A DNA stretch of 64,000 nucleotides from Trichinella spiralis (Eukaryota): the NCBI RefSeq assembly GCF_000181795.1, contig NW_003526944.1:677383-741382 (forward strand), read 5' to 3'. Positions 50,261 to 63,943 of this stretch are shown piece by piece. The position numbers were made by a program, and so were the translations under genes. Positions within the stretch are counted from its first letter, which is position 1; each line of letters starts with the position of its first letter. A model generated the notes under the pieces. The model was not told the DNA's origin. It saw nothing but the letters and a program-made list of their open reading frames with translations, and made no database searches.

Positions 50261-53200
50261 TGCACAATGTTCATAATCATAATGCTGCATAATAATAATG
50301 TTCATAATGTGCCGATTGATCGTTCTATTTTTTTTGGTGCACAAAATAACGTTGACTGAAATTTTTTTTTATTTTTTCTTTCCTTATCTCATTATCATTA
50401 TTAATAAATGTTATGAAAATAATATTATAATGTAGAAAAATAATGTTGTATATGAAAAAAATGATAATAAAAATTAAAATAATAATAATGAAATGAAGAA
50501 GAAGGATAAGCTGCTGCTGTATAACAGCAGGCTACAATTGCTAACATGTTGTTGTTTTTGTTGTTGGTTGCATTGCTTTACATTTGTTGCTTGGTTCATT
50601 CGTCTCATCATTGTGCTTATACTGACGGACATCTGGCCATCCCACACGCACAACACTCGGTAACATGTTTTCACTTTTTCTCTCTTTTATTATTTTTTTT
50701 AAACTTAAATATAATTTTTTTTTAATTTTATTTATACTAATTATTCAAATAAATTTACTAACCAGAACAAATGTTAGGGTTGATTTTTCGTTTGCAATAA
50801 TACGGAGAAAGGCATGAAAGAGGGAAAATTATTTTTATGCTTTATTATTATTATTACCATATGCTTTTCCTATTGCTTTATAAAAAAGTTTCCGTCAAAT
50901 TATCATATTTTCAAAGCTTGTGTGTGTGTGAATGATTTTGATTTCGAAAATTGTTTGTATCGATCGATCGATCGACCGACGATCCCCCAAGCATTTTGCC
51001 AATTTTGAACTGGCTTGAGCGCATGCATAATTTTTGATTAGGCACTTTTCGTTGGAATGAATCAGATGAATAGGGTGTGGCCGGATTGGTTGGAGCAAAA
51101 ACGACGCCGATGCTGATCTGATCATTGCAAAGTGGTGATTATTTATTGTCGCCTTTGCAAACGTTCTGCAAATTGATCGGTCGCGAAACTTTGAACAACA
51201 ATTAATAATAAAATGATTCTTCTTCTTCTTCTTCTTCACTGGTTGGCTTTGTGGCTAGTGGATTATTGTCATCCATTTGTCATCAGTATAACAGCATCAT
51301 TATTATTTTTATTTTTATCATTGTCGAGTTGTGTTAAATGGTTATATGCGAATAATAAATGTATAATTTTGAACTTTTTCAGCGATTGAACAATTGGTGA
51401 AGTTAATAGCTGTTTTTATTTTATTCAACTACCGGCTGTTGTCGTTAAACGTTTTTTATTGCTTTTGGTCATTTAAAATGTTACAACAGGCTATTTATTA
51501 TTTAATTTTAATATTGCCGAGCGCGGATGGATGGAAACATACGACACAGCACAGCAGTCACTGAAGAAGCAGTTTCCGTTGTTACCATTGCGGCGAATCT
51601 TTTCAAATTGGTAATTATGCAATTTTTATTATTCATTTCAAATTGTTTGTTTGTTTTCTTTTTGATTATTTTCATATCAGCAGTAGTAGAATTAATTCTA
51701 TTCAAATTTGAAATTTGCTAAAGGGGAAGTAAGTGTTTTGCTTCGGTTAGCCTTGGGAAATGTTTGCACTGTCCTTGGCAAAAATAAGCAACACAATGAT
51801 GACGAAGTTGTGTGTTGTGTTGTGTTATATATGCTTTTCATGACAAATGTGCAAATGGTATTATTACTTCATATTTTGACCTGTTTTATCGAAATTTCTG
51901 GTTTTTTTTTCAAATGTCGAGAGTTCTTTTTTCTTTTATCGAAAATTGTGCAACGGGTTTTTCTCTTCTTTATTAGAATTATTAACGTTCAGCTTCCAAT
52001 AGTTTTTCTGTTGACAGTAAATGTGTTGCATTACATATATGTATATATAAGTTTTTTGATCGGTATTATTTCTACCATTTTACATATTGATATTTAGATA
52101 TAAATAGAATTGTGTAATGAATATGCAAATGATGATTTTTTTCATTTTAATCACCCTTATTATTTGTTGAATGTAAAAAGCAGTTGAACTTTGAAAATAA
52201 ATAATGACAAAGCTGTAAAATTGATCAATATTGAACTTTTAGGAAAGTTTTTCAATATAAAAAATGAAAAAAAATTAAATTTCAAACTAATTCATTCCAA
52301 TTACAGAATTTTATTGTTTGATGTTCAAGTAGGAAAAAACCGGTTCTACTTTTTTGTACCTTTCAATTAAAAAAAAAGTTTTTCTTTTTAATATTATTTT
52401 GAAAATTGAATTTCTAAAAAAAGAGCATATAGTAGACGTGTGTGTTTTGATAAAAATTCCATCGCAAATTGCAACTGCATGCAAACTGTGATAACAATCA
52501 TCATCATCATCAGATAGCTTTTGCTTTTTTAAGCTTTGCCTTTTTCTTCTATCTGCACCATCAACTTTTTGGTTAGCGTTTTTGCGTGCGTTGTCGTCGT
52601 CGTCGTTCAAAACTTATGCAGGCTGTTCAAGCTGAAGAGAAAAGAATAATGAATGATCAACAGCCAGCGTTGATGATCATCGTCATTATTAGCCAGAATT
52701 TTGTTTTGCGGGGCTGATTTTGTTGCTTTATCAATTTTATGAAAGTAATCATCAACATCGTCATCGTTCATCATTTCTCAAAAAGTTGCTGTTGCTCCAA
52801 AATAGCGGCATTTGCAATTTCAATAATTTCTCCATCGTCGTCATTTAATTCTTCATTTTATCAGTCTGTGCGAATGATGACAATTTCAATGATAAAGTTT
52901 GTCTTGAACAAGAAAAAAGAAAATTGTTTTCCTACTGTATCATTTGATTAATTTCTTATTGAACTTTTTTGTTTTTTTTCTTACTATACTGTATGTACAG
53001 TTGACGAGTTTGTTATTCAAATTTTTGAACGTATTTCCGGATAATTTTCACCTTTCAACGCAAATTATTATCAGCATTAGTTTTTTTTTCACTATTCACA
53101 TTTTGTTTCAACAAATTCATTTTTAAAAAAGAAAAAGTGAATATTTCTATTCCATGATCATATTTTCATGTTATAATATTAAATGTACAATTTTATTATA

Positions 53201-53602
53201 ATATTGAATACCTGGAAAATGAAAAGTAAATTTTCTCATTTGATTTAGAAAAACGAAAAGCAAAAATGTGTAATTTTTGTGTCGGTGGATTACGTAATCT
53301 CTCGGATTGTTGTAGTGATGATGGGAAAAAGAAGCATGGGAGAAAATTGTGAGTTGAAAAGTGCTGCAGCATTCGACCCGTTTTCTGTCTGCAACGTTAT
53401 CGATGCTTTGCCAATATGGGTCGATCACCTTTTTGGGTGACAGGAATTGACAGTCGAATGACTGTGATTAAGGCGATGCTTTGTTTGTTTGAAAAATTTC
53501 AGCTTCTCTTTGTTGTTACAAGCATCCAACGGACAGTGCAAATTTCAGCAGCAGAGTGACATTTATTCAAAACATTGTCCACAGATCCTCCTAAAGGAAG
53601 AG

Positions 53603-56133
53603 ATGCCCTCCAATTCGGTCTTACCGTTGTTTCTGGTGCTGCTGGTCACTTTCCACTGGACACTTTGCCAGTGTTTTGTTCTTCCTACGTTTCGTAAGTC
53701 TTTTTTGTCAATCTTCACTTTAAATTATATATATTATCATCATCGACAAATGATCATATTATGATGTCATTATGGCGAATATAAAATATTATTACATCAT
53801 TCAAAAGCATGCCATTAACATCAGATTTTCGTCGACTATTCAAATTTAACACAGGTCAAGCATATTTATTTGCATAAAAATGCTCGATTTAACCAAATTT
53901 TCAAGTTGCTACAGTTGATGATAAATTAATTATCAGTGTGCTTTTTGTTCACAGAATTTTTGCAATCCATTTCTCTACGGAAAGCACTGGTGGAATGGAC
54001 ATTCCCTCTCTCTCCAGTGCAATGGTAAAAGCTCTTCTCTTTTCTTTTACTATTTTACTTATATTTTTTGCTTGTCTATTCTTAGCATTATTTTTTTTGA
54101 AAAACCACTTTCACTGAAAAACTAGATTAATAATTTTATTATTTATAAAACTAGAATTGCTTGAACTTGATTTTGAGTTATTTCTTGTAAATTAAGCACT
54201 TTTACACTCAGTCAACAAACAGTTATTTCCAAGAAGCTTGTTCAAATTTTGTAAGCAGAGAAAATTCAATTCAATTCAATTCAATTCAGTACTATGTAGA
54301 ATGATTTCTTTTGCATGAAATTTAACAAATAGCAAATAAGCTTACATGCATGTTTTATTAAAAAAATGTTTGCATATGCTTATTACTATGCATAGTCTGG
54401 CTGTTAAAATTGATTGTAAAAATGTTTTATTGTTGTTATTATGAATATTATTTTAGGTGAATTTCAAGATTTTTTCAAAAGAGCCTCGAAATCTGTACCT
54501 GCTTCTGATGAACTAACCAACGGATGGAAATCATTGCTGTCATCAATGTTGCCTAAAATTTTGCCTGAAAAAACTGCAGGTAAGTTGTTGTTGTGTTTTT
54601 ATTTAATTTATGGCTGTGAGTTTATTTATTTGTTTGTTTTATTGTTTAAATTTGAGAAGCAACAAGATTTCACTTTATATCTGTAAATTGTGACAGTCAG
54701 CTAGTTAGTTTAGTGGGTTCATTTAGCATCAGTGTTTTTTCAGTTGTTCAGCTTCAACTTCAATCCATTCGTTGTTATTCTTGTTCAATTCTTTCGAAGG
54801 AAATCATTTTATTTTTACTAATTTTATACAACTTATAAAAGTGCCTGATTAATTAATTCATTTCAATGAATAAACTAATTCGTTTTCGAATGAAATTGAA
54901 TTTATTGCCAATAAGACAATTATTTTGTGCTTCAGCGCAGCTTGTACGCGGTGTGCATTGATTGAGATTCAATTAATTTTCTTTGAAAATGAAATGAAAA
55001 TAATCATACTGTATACTGCCTGTATACAGTTGAAAAGTGCATTCAAGTGTGAATTTTTGCAATTAAGAAAAATGAAATATTATTTAATTAAAAATTTTAA
55101 AGTCTTTTTAATTTTTTTTCTTTTATTGTCAGTTAAAAGTCGGAGAGTTTTTATTTGAAGTATTGTTATAATAAAGTAATGCTATTATTTGAAATTGTAA
55201 TGCATATTTAATTTTATTCTTGTTCTTTTTGTACTGTTTTACTTTGAATTTCAAAACGAAAAAAATTGAAAAAACAGAGTTCATTGGTTTTTATTTTTTT
55301 CAAATGAATGAATGAAAGATAATTTGTTTTGTTCAAAAGTGTGCGATGCAGTTGTTAGAAGTTGAAATAGTATTTGTTTCAAATGTGCAACAAATTAGCA
55401 TTACCCGGTTATGATAACTTGTGAAACCTATTTTACATTTTGCCTAAATAAACGAAGCGTGAGAAAATGGCAGTTTACATCAAACTCTGCATCACTTATC
55501 AGCAGTTTATTTAGTAAATTGAAAAGTATTGATCATGGTTTTTCATTTTCTATGGAAACTCTTTTATAAAACTAGTATACAAAAATAAAGGAGAGATTTT
55601 TTCCCATAGGATGATGATATATAAATATGTAATTAATAATTTTGCTTTTCTTACTTGATGTAAATAAATAAAAACTGTGTTAGCTGCTAAAGCTGGTTCG
55701 CTCAGATATGGTACGTACAGTGGTAGATATGGTCAAGTTGGTGAACACCAGTCAGCCAACGTCGAATGAAGAACATTTCAACGAAGCGGCGGCGGTGACC
55801 AAATCAGTTACTGTAGACGAGACGATCATACGGGTGCCGGCAAGATCACCGTCTGTGATGGAACAGTCATTGGGATTGTTGCGACCATTTTTTGGCAATA
55901 TTGATCCTTGGCGAGCGATACTTTACCGTGATCCGCCGTTGTTGTCGGTCGACTTAGCCGACGGAGATTCACAAGAGAACGACATGACAAGATCGACTTT
56001 GTCGTTGGATTCATTCAAATCGAACTTTTTCAAATCAACAAATCATGACAGTCAGCTATTGGATGAGCTAGAGACGGAGCCTGTTGCAGCAAAACGGCCA
56101 GTTGATTATTTCAACTACTACTACAACAGCTAA
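53603..56133 (+). CDS. Uncharacterised secreted protein (about 213 aa), tentative 3-exon model
   Basis: Exons 53603-53693 (signal peptide MPSNSVLPLFLVLLVTFHWTLCQC), 54457-54579 and 55706-56133 join through phase-1 GT-AG introns into the 55708-56133 ORF. No recognised domain. Confidence 0.55.
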
Positions 56134-56303
56134 TGTATAGATAGAATAGAATGCAAAATTTCATCTAACCCCCTTTATCATCAGATGGCACAAAAAATTT
56201 TGATCAAAACAAACATTGTACTCTACACGAATTTTATTATTATTTTTGAAAAATGCAGTATTATATAAATTAAAAAGAGCAAAAAGGAAAAGATATTTAT
56301 TTG

Positions 56304-58454
56304 TTATAAGATTTCACGTGAATTTTTAGTTCGGACACGATGAATTAGCGATTGGATCAATTTTTCATATTTGCGATTCCACGAAGTTGAATGCCATTTC
56401 GGCAGCTGAAAAGCATTCCAGATGGAATAGTACGATTTCAATGAATCGTCCAAGGAAAGGATTTTCTTGTAATACACCGGATAATTGAACAGCAAGTGGA
56501 AGAAGCAAAATGGTGGCGGCAGTGTGCGACAGTTTTGAAAATATTCGTTCCAAATTTCACAGACGATAAATCTATAATCTCGACGTTGGGTTCGGATCAC
56601 ATACGCCGCGTGGGCAGTCAACAGGGAAGTCATCAGGTGCATGGCGGAAATTATGATGATCGCGTGATAAAGACAGGTCAGCAAGTTACCGGCAGTTTCG
56701 ATCAGATTGTGCTTGACGGGCGGTTCGTTCAGCTGATTGTGTCCGACAACTAAGCGAAGCTTCATCTTCGGGTGCATGTAGCCGTACCAAGCCCAGTACA
56801 AGTATGCCAGTGTTCTGATGTAGTTGGACAAATATTTCGGCTGGACCATTTCTTCCTTGGTGATGGGATCCGTGGCGACGTTGCCTTCGTAATTTTGATA
56901 CAAATAACTGAGACCGACTGCCACCGCGAACATGATCAAACACATGAAGAACACGTAGAAAAGGACATATCTGGCAGTTCGAAACAGCGATACCAGAACT
57001 GGACCGAAAAATTGAGAAGTTTGCCAAAAATAAATCACTCGCATCGACGCCAGTGCCAAACCGATAGAAAACAGCACCTCAAATTGAATGTTCAGATCAC
57101 CACTTGGCCAGCTGGACCTCGGCAACAGGGTGATACCGTCATCAACGCCTACATATGCTGTTGAATATGTCAACGCTACGAATGACCAGCCGAAGATGAA
57201 AAACTGAAACAGATCCAACATACGCCACCAAGAATAATAGAACCGTTCCATGCCCATGTGCTTCAAATCGGTGCAAATGATCGTGAAAGAGCCGAGCTGA
57301 AACAGATACAAATAGGCAAGTGTGACTTTGCCGACCAATGACTTAGGCCAGCCCCGCAGGTGGGAATCCCGCTGCCCGTGTTGGGTGAAGATGAAGGCGA
57401 TAGTGTAGAACAGCATGTAAGCGGAGAAGTAGCTCAGGTAGCGGGCGCAGGGGTTGCGAAAACTTTTCGGAAACCGATTCAACGTGAGCAAGTAGAGCAA
57501 GCAAGCGACCGGGTGGAAGATGGTGTGCATGGCGACCCGGTAAGTGCGGACGAAGAAGTTCGTATACGGCCAGTCGATCCAAGAGCCCATCCACAGCTTG
57601 TGCAACGCCTGCATGGACATGCTTTCGATGAGAAATTCCCGTTGGTACGTGGTGACGGCCATGTCGAATCGAGGCAACACGTTCCCACAGTCGATAGCTT
57701 TGCCCATTGTCCGTTGGAACAGCATCCTGATCTCGTCCTCAGTTTGACAACAATCGGCAAATTTGCCCATCAGATCGCAAACTCGATCGCGGATATTGAG
57801 ATAGAATGCCTCTTCGCTGCTGTAATTTTCAATCAACCAGTCCAGACGATTGCAGAGAACGAAACAAGCTTGGATCGGATCTCGCTGACCAGGGCACAAC
57901 AGTCGACTTTCGCTGGCCAAGGCAAGCGACTGGTGTCTGTGAATGACCGCCAGTTGACTGGGACCGCAGTCTTTCCAGCCGTCGGTGAGGCACAGTTGAC
58001 ATTTGCAGTGCGCCAACCGTAAACTGTGCAAACTGTGACCAGTGTCTCGAAGCAACATATAAGCATAGTCACGTTCCAATATTGCGGCCATCATGATCGG
58101 GGTAAAATAGCACGGGAAGAATATCCGGCCGATCGGATGTACCTCGGTCTTTTTTGACATGTCCAAAATTCGGCTCATCGTTGGACGATCGTCGAGCAGA
58201 ATGGCAAAAAACAGCGCATCGCGTAGGGGACATTTTTTCCTGGTCAACAGTACATCCACCGAAGAGGATTTTCCGTGGAACAGTGCAAATTCCAAAGGAC
58301 CCAGTTCGTTGTCACTGGTCTCTGTCAACAGACTAGGCTGCTTGTCAATTGCTTTTGCCAAGCTGTCTACATCTTCACGATAAATGAAATCGAAAATTGT
58401 ATCCTGTTGTGAAGACGACAAATTTTTCTCTCGATGAACATCATCATCATCCAT
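56304..58454 (-). CDS. TRPC-like cation channel, intronless, about 716 aa
   Basis: Ankyrin-like N-terminus (LGPLEFALFHG, DALFFAI, FTPIMMAA), HCKCQLC zinc-site-like motif, LALAS...DPIQACF, about six TM segments, FFGPVLVSL S4-S5 linker, pore helix LYWAWYG, post-S6 TLPPPF. First ATG at 58454 (the ORF track starts at an upstream GTG). Confidence 0.88.
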   Translation of the reverse strand: MDDDDVHREKNLSSSQQDTIFDFIYREDVDSLAKAIDKQPSLLTETSDNELGPLEFALFHGKSSSVDVLLTRKKCPLRDALFFAILLDDRPTMSRILDMSKKTEVHPIGRIFFPCYFTPIMMAAILERDYAYMLLRDTGHSLHSLRLAHCKCQLCLTDGWKDCGPSQLAVIHRHQSLALASESRLLCPGQRDPIQACFVLCNRLDWLIENYSSEEAFYLNIRDRVCDLMGKFADCCQTEDEIRMLFQRTMGKAIDCGNVLPRFDMAVTTYQREFLIESMSMQALHKLWMGSWIDWPYTNFFVRTYRVAMHTIFHPVACLLYLLTLNRFPKSFRNPCARYLSYFSAYMLFYTIAFIFTQHGQRDSHLRGWPKSLVGKVTLAYLYLFQLGSFTIICTDLKHMGMERFYYSWWRMLDLFQFFIFGWSFVALTYSTAYVGVDDGITLLPRSSWPSGDLNIQFEVLFSIGLALASMRVIYFWQTSQFFGPVLVSLFRTARYVLFYVFFMCLIMFAVAVGLSYLYQNYEGNVATDPITKEEMVQPKYLSNYIRTLAYLYWAWYGYMHPKMKLRLVVGHNQLNEPPVKHNLIETAGNLLTCLYHAIIIISAMHLMTSLLTAHAAYVIRTQRRDYRFIVCEIWNEYFQNCRTLPPPFCFFHLLFNYPVYYKKILSLDDSLKSYYSIWNAFQLPKWHSTSWNRKYEKLIQSLIHRVRTKNSREIL

Positions 58455-59051
58455 TTTTTTCACAGAAAAATTCTTTTCCTTTACACGTGAAATGAATAAT
58501 AGTATGATGAAGATCGATCGTAAAATGTAGCAATCTTTTGATAATTAGGATCGAATGAAGTTTTTCTGTTTTATAAAATTTAAAAACAATCTCCTCCTAC
58601 ATGTAGCTGTTTAAAATTCCAATTCATAATGTTTTTTCACTATGAATGACTGCTTTTTTTTATTTTTATGCTTTTCAAATGAAAAAATGTTAATAATAAT
58701 TTTATCATTTTTGCATGCAGATTATAAAAGGAAAAAATGTTCCTTTGAATATTCAGTCATATATTTTTATATTATTTTTAAAGCTTGTAATCTTGAACTG
58801 AAATCAATTGTTACAGTTGCGATTCTATTTCAAATTGTAAATTGTACTTGAATTCTCTTATTTTACCGTTTCCAGCAAATTATATCGGCGGGAGTACTTA
58901 CTTGATTTAGTTAATTTTTTTTAATTCACTGTCAATAATATTTTATATACATTATTATCAGTTACTTTAATGTATTTAATCAATTTTCAATAAACAGTAC
59001 GCGAATGGGTGAGTGAGAAGTGCTTTTCAAAAAGTTGAAAGTATTTCTGCA

Positions 59052-62000
59052 ATGCAGCTCACAATTTGCGGTATATTGGTAAACTTTCCATACGAACCTT
59101 ATCCATGCCAGTTGGATTACATGGAAAAAGTGATCACCTGTCTTAATCAGGTTAGTTATTTTTGATCAGTTTAGTTACAATTTTAAGCTTACAGAAGAGA
59201 ACTTTTGTTTTGCTTACTGTTTGCTTCACTTGAACATTCAGCGCTCGAATGCGGCGTTGGAATCGCCTACTGGAACCGGTAAAACGCTTTGCTTGTTGTG
59301 CGCCTGTCTCGGCTGGTTGGAGACTGTACACCCTAAAGAGAATATCACTCCAAACATGTCCATGTCAAAAAATCTCTCAAAAAATGAAAAACAACTTCAA
59401 CCAGGTAAATATTTATGAGCAGTTTTGCTTTTACGCAGAGAGAGCATTTCTGGACATTTTAACTTTAGCCAGACCACAGATTCTTTACGCATCTCGTACT
59501 CATTCACAGTTGTCTCAAGTGATCAAAGAATTGAATAAAACTACTTACGCAGGGTATGGGTTTATTTTCCGTTTCAAATTTGGTATTATTCATTGTTGCA
59601 ATCGACGTGCAATGAATGTTTCAGAATTCGTGTGTGTATTCTTGGATCGCGAGATCAATTGTGCATCGACGAAGAAGTGAAAGCCGAAAAGCAAAGCATT
59701 ATTAAGGTGTTTTTTGTTTATTTTTTGTCGTTTTTTTGCTTTTGTGTGTATGTGTAAGTTATGCTTCTTGTGTTTTCACTGTAGAATCATATTTGTCGAG
59801 CAAAACGGTTAAGCCGCAGTTGTAGATATTACAACGAATTAAAAAGTATTCAAGCGAAATTTTAACGTGCACGGTTTAATTGAATGACTTTGCGATATTA
59901 TTTTCAGATGCAACAGCAACGTCATTCATTTTTGGTGATAACAAAGTGATGGATATTGAAGATTTACTGTCAAGCGGTAAATTGAACAAGTAATTCAATT
60001 TTAATTTGTAAATTAAAATGATAATTTGTATTTTCTTCTCATATTCAACATTTTGTATTATCAGTTTTACTTTTTTCTGATGTTTGATTTGTTGTTTCAG
60101 TTTTTGTCCATTTTACAAAGCTCGAGAAGGTGTTGAAGAGGCAGATCTGATTTTAATGCCCTACAACTATGTACTAGATCCTACGGTAAATTTGTATTAT
60201 TTGAATTATTTTAGTGAATTGCGGAATTGCATGCAAAAGCATTATTTAGACTAGAAGAGTGAACAAAATCAATTTGAGTGGAAATATTCTTATTTTTGAT
60301 GAAGCACATAATTTGGTAATTTTACTTGAATAATTTGTTGATTTTTGTTATTTATCGATTCAGTGTATTTTTTTGGACATCATGTAAAAGTCGTGTTGAT
60401 TTGATTTGATTTGATTTGCAGGAAAAAGTATGTGAAGAAAGCGCATCTTTTTCTTTCACTAGTAAAGATTTCGCTGCTGCACTACGTGAAGCTCAAGATG
60501 CACTGAGATTGTTAATTGATGACCAAGAAACTATTCGTAAACAAAGAGTATATTTGCCATATGAGCTTTTAATCTGCTGCTTGATTGTTTACTTTTAAAT
60601 ATTTTTTATTTTTTAGGATGAGACTGAGGAACTGTTTGGCTCAGATGCTCTGCAGATAAAACTTGCAACACTTCCTGATGTTGATATGAACGTTTTGTCG
60701 AATCAAATTGGTAATTACTGACTTCTTTTTTTTATTTTTACAATTTCATTGTACATATACATATATATTTGTGGTCGGCAGTTCTTCTGGAAAAGGTAGA
60801 ACAAGAATTCTGCGAAGCGGTTACTGCAGCAACATGTGAAGGCAATTTGGAAGAAGGCATCACATTGCCTGGCCACTTTTTGTCGGATATTTTACTCAAA
60901 GCTGGCATTCGACCGGATATGTGCGAACCTATCAGCGTTCTGGCTGATCACTTGTCCTCGTATTTAACTGTCAAAGGTAAAATTGTAATATTTAAAAAAG
61001 AAAATTTTCCTCTTCTCACCGTCATTGCTGCAGCAAACAATAGTCCATGGGTGAGTCGTGGTTTGGCTTTTTCAAAATTTTCCAGTCTTGTCAATGCTGT
61101 TTATTATCGAAACATATCCCAAACTTCGAAATGCGAAATCATGCATGACACCGATGATTTCAAGGTTTTCATTTTCATCAATATCAATTTACTTTATTAT
61201 TATTTTCAACAACTGTTGAAATATCCAGGTTTACATATGCTCCGGTCAGGTTAGCAAAAATTCCGATTCAGAATCTCATTCCAATTGCAGCAAAATTCCC
61301 GGATCGTTTAGCATCAATTACTGGTGTTTCAGTGCCGGCATTGGCATGTCATTGTTGTTGAAATGTCAACTGAGATCAGTGATCGTCACCAGTGGTACTC
61401 TTTCACCATTGGACAGTTTTGTGAACGAGATGCGGATGTGCGCTGCTTCAGTATTGCCTGTATATTTTGAACGGTGAATTTTGAAATGTTGTTTTTATAT
61501 TTCAGTCCATTTCCAATTCGCCTGGAAAATTGTCACATTGTCAAATCGGAACAATATTTATTCTGCATTTGCCCTTCAGGTCCAGATGGTGAACGTCTGC
61601 ATGCTGATTTCTCAAATAGGTAATAATAAATAATCGGCATGTGGGAGAAAAAATAGCGGAAAATTATCGTTATTTGATGATTGATGCAAATTCGTCTTCT
61701 CTTCAGGAACAACAAGAAATATCTCAATTCATTAGGCAACAGTATAGTTAATTTTTGCCGTATTATTCCACAAGGTTTTTTGATCTTTTTTGCATCTTAT
61801 ACTCAATTGAATAACTGCATCAATTATTGGACGGTAAATTTCTGTTTTTTTTTCAAAACGTTTATTATTTTCAGTTTTTTTAATACTGTAGAACAATTCA
61901 ATTATGGATCGTGTGAAGCGTTTTAAGAAGGTATTTATTGAACCGAAAACCAAGTGTGAATTTCAAACTGTAATGGATGAATACAAGAGACTTGCCGAAG

Positions 62001-63798
62001 CCAGCGGCACTGAACTTGGTGTAGTATTTTTCGGGGTTCTCAGAGGAAAAGTGAGCAAATTTTCAAACACTAGTACATACACACAATTCAGCTACTTTAT
62101 ATTATTAATATGATTAAGCTGAGCGAAGGTTACGATTTTTCCGACTGTTCAGCTCGTGCTGTTGTCATCGCTGGTATTCCATTTCCACCGGCATTTGATC
62201 CGCATGTGCGTTTGAAACGAGATTACTTGAACGAGCAAAAGCAGAAAAAATTACTGGTAAGAGAAAGAAGCAGTAAATAAATTTCAATATTTTCAATCAA
62301 CAAATGAATATGTTTGTCAAGTCGCTCGACGGTTCAGCTTGGTACGTTCTGGACGCAGTTCGAGTTGTCAACCAAGCCATCGGCAGGGTAATTCGTCACA
62401 GAAATGATTTTGGTGCAATTATTCTAGCCGATAATAGGTATGAAGATTTTTTCTTTGCAATTGTTGAAAATATACATGCATCATTTATTTATTTTCAAGA
62501 TTCTCATCATGGCCAAATTATTATTATCCAAATTGGCTACGTCAATCTGCTATGGCGTACAAAAATTTCGGTGATGTAGTAAAGGCGTTGGCGAATTTTT
62601 TTAAACAACACCAATGCAGTAGGCGCAGTTTGACACAAGCAAGCACTCATGCTGAAGCATCTAGTGACAATTCGAAATTGCTTGAACACAATGACGACTG
62701 TTTTGCTTTTGATTTCAAAGAAAATAATCAATCAAAAATTCTTTCAAAAAGTTTGAAAAAATTCATGCAGTATTTTTTTATAAGTAAAATTTATTTGTCG
62801 GTTTAATTTTCAGGACAACGCGTGGAAATTATCGAAGAATCAGAATTGCCAAGTTTCGATCTTTTGCAGCAGACTTATCGTTCCGACGATGGTCGAGCAT
62901 CTGAAAGCAGTCAACTGTCCAGTGTGTGGGATGATCTCAGCTTGCCGTCAACTTCTGCTATGCAAAATGTAGAAAAAAGAATTTTTTTTCTTTTTTATTA
63001 CGGCGGATACATTAATTTGTTTATTTATTTTAGTATCTACTACCTCAGACAGATGATAATTATTCACAAGCTTCATTTTCATCAGCTTTTTCTGTTCGAA
63101 GAAAAATCAAAATCAAAGTAGCCAGTTTATTTTGATCATTTCATATTATTGAAATTATTATGATTATGCTTATTCCTCTTTAACTACTTTTCCAGCGTGA
63201 TATTCAACCAGAAACATCCGTCGAGAAGGAAGCACAACCGCAGGTTTCCTTTCACTTTTATTATTTTCATTGAAACTGAAATTGTACTTCTCTGTTTCAG
63301 GTGAATCAGTGTGATAATATTCAAACAACCGAGTGCACCGTATGTGATGCAACATTTTTACTCAGAATTATCTTAATTATTGATTGATTTTGCTTTTAGG
63401 TTGAGAAGAAAGAGAATACCGTGAAGAGCATCGCAAATTATATCGCCTCGGTAGATGAATAACTGAACAAACAAGCTCAGGTGAAAATTTGATGAGACAA
63501 AATTTGCATTTAGATTAAGCAAGCCGTTGCCCCTAGTGCGTATGCGAATTTTGTGCTGCTCTGTCAACGGTACAAAGAGAAAAATAATTTATCCGACGTT
63601 CTCAGTTGGTTCAAAGAGACAAAATTGGACAAATCTCACCGGCAATTATTTGTCGGTAAGTTTAAGTTTGTTTGCAATTGTTCCTTCTTCCATCCCTAGA
63701 ACAATCACTGTTTTCATGTAAATTCGGCTTTTAAAGGTTTCAGAATTTTTGTGAAAAAAGAGCATTTGAAAACTTTCGACGCTTACGTTGCATCTTGA
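59052..63798 (+). CDS. RTEL1: Regulator of telomere elongation helicase 1 (Fe-S DEAH helicase, XPD family)
   Basis: [10 protein letters not shown]-motif, [19 protein letters not shown], four Fe-S cysteines (GSRDQLC..HIC..SCRYY..FCPF), [48 protein letters not shown]; terminal [15 protein letters not shown] harmonin-homology motif favours RTEL1 over FANCJ; TGA 63796-63798. Confidence 0.93.
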
Positions 63799-63905
63799 AT
63801 CTACATAGTTTGGTTAATTTGCAATTTTGGTTCTCTGAAATAAAAAGGTCAGGCTATTTATTAATTGAATTTTTTTTGTTTACTCGTTATATAGAATTTG
63901 CTAAA

Positions 63906-63943
63906 AATTAATTGATTAATTAATTAATTAATTAATTAATTAA
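63906..63943. repeat. (TTAA)n-like palindromic tetranucleotide repeat
   Basis: aattaattgattaattaattaattaaattaattaattaat downstream of the RTEL1 stop. Confidence 0.75.

Noticed and set aside
55684..55769. SLRYG and GRYG as RYamide neuropeptides
   Set aside because: Neither Gly is followed by a basic cleavage residue, so amidated peptides are not supported.
56686..58383. Several 80-220 aa overlapping or antisense ORFs within the TRP gene
   Set aside because: Expected shadow ORFs of a GC-rich coding region; no recognisable motifs.
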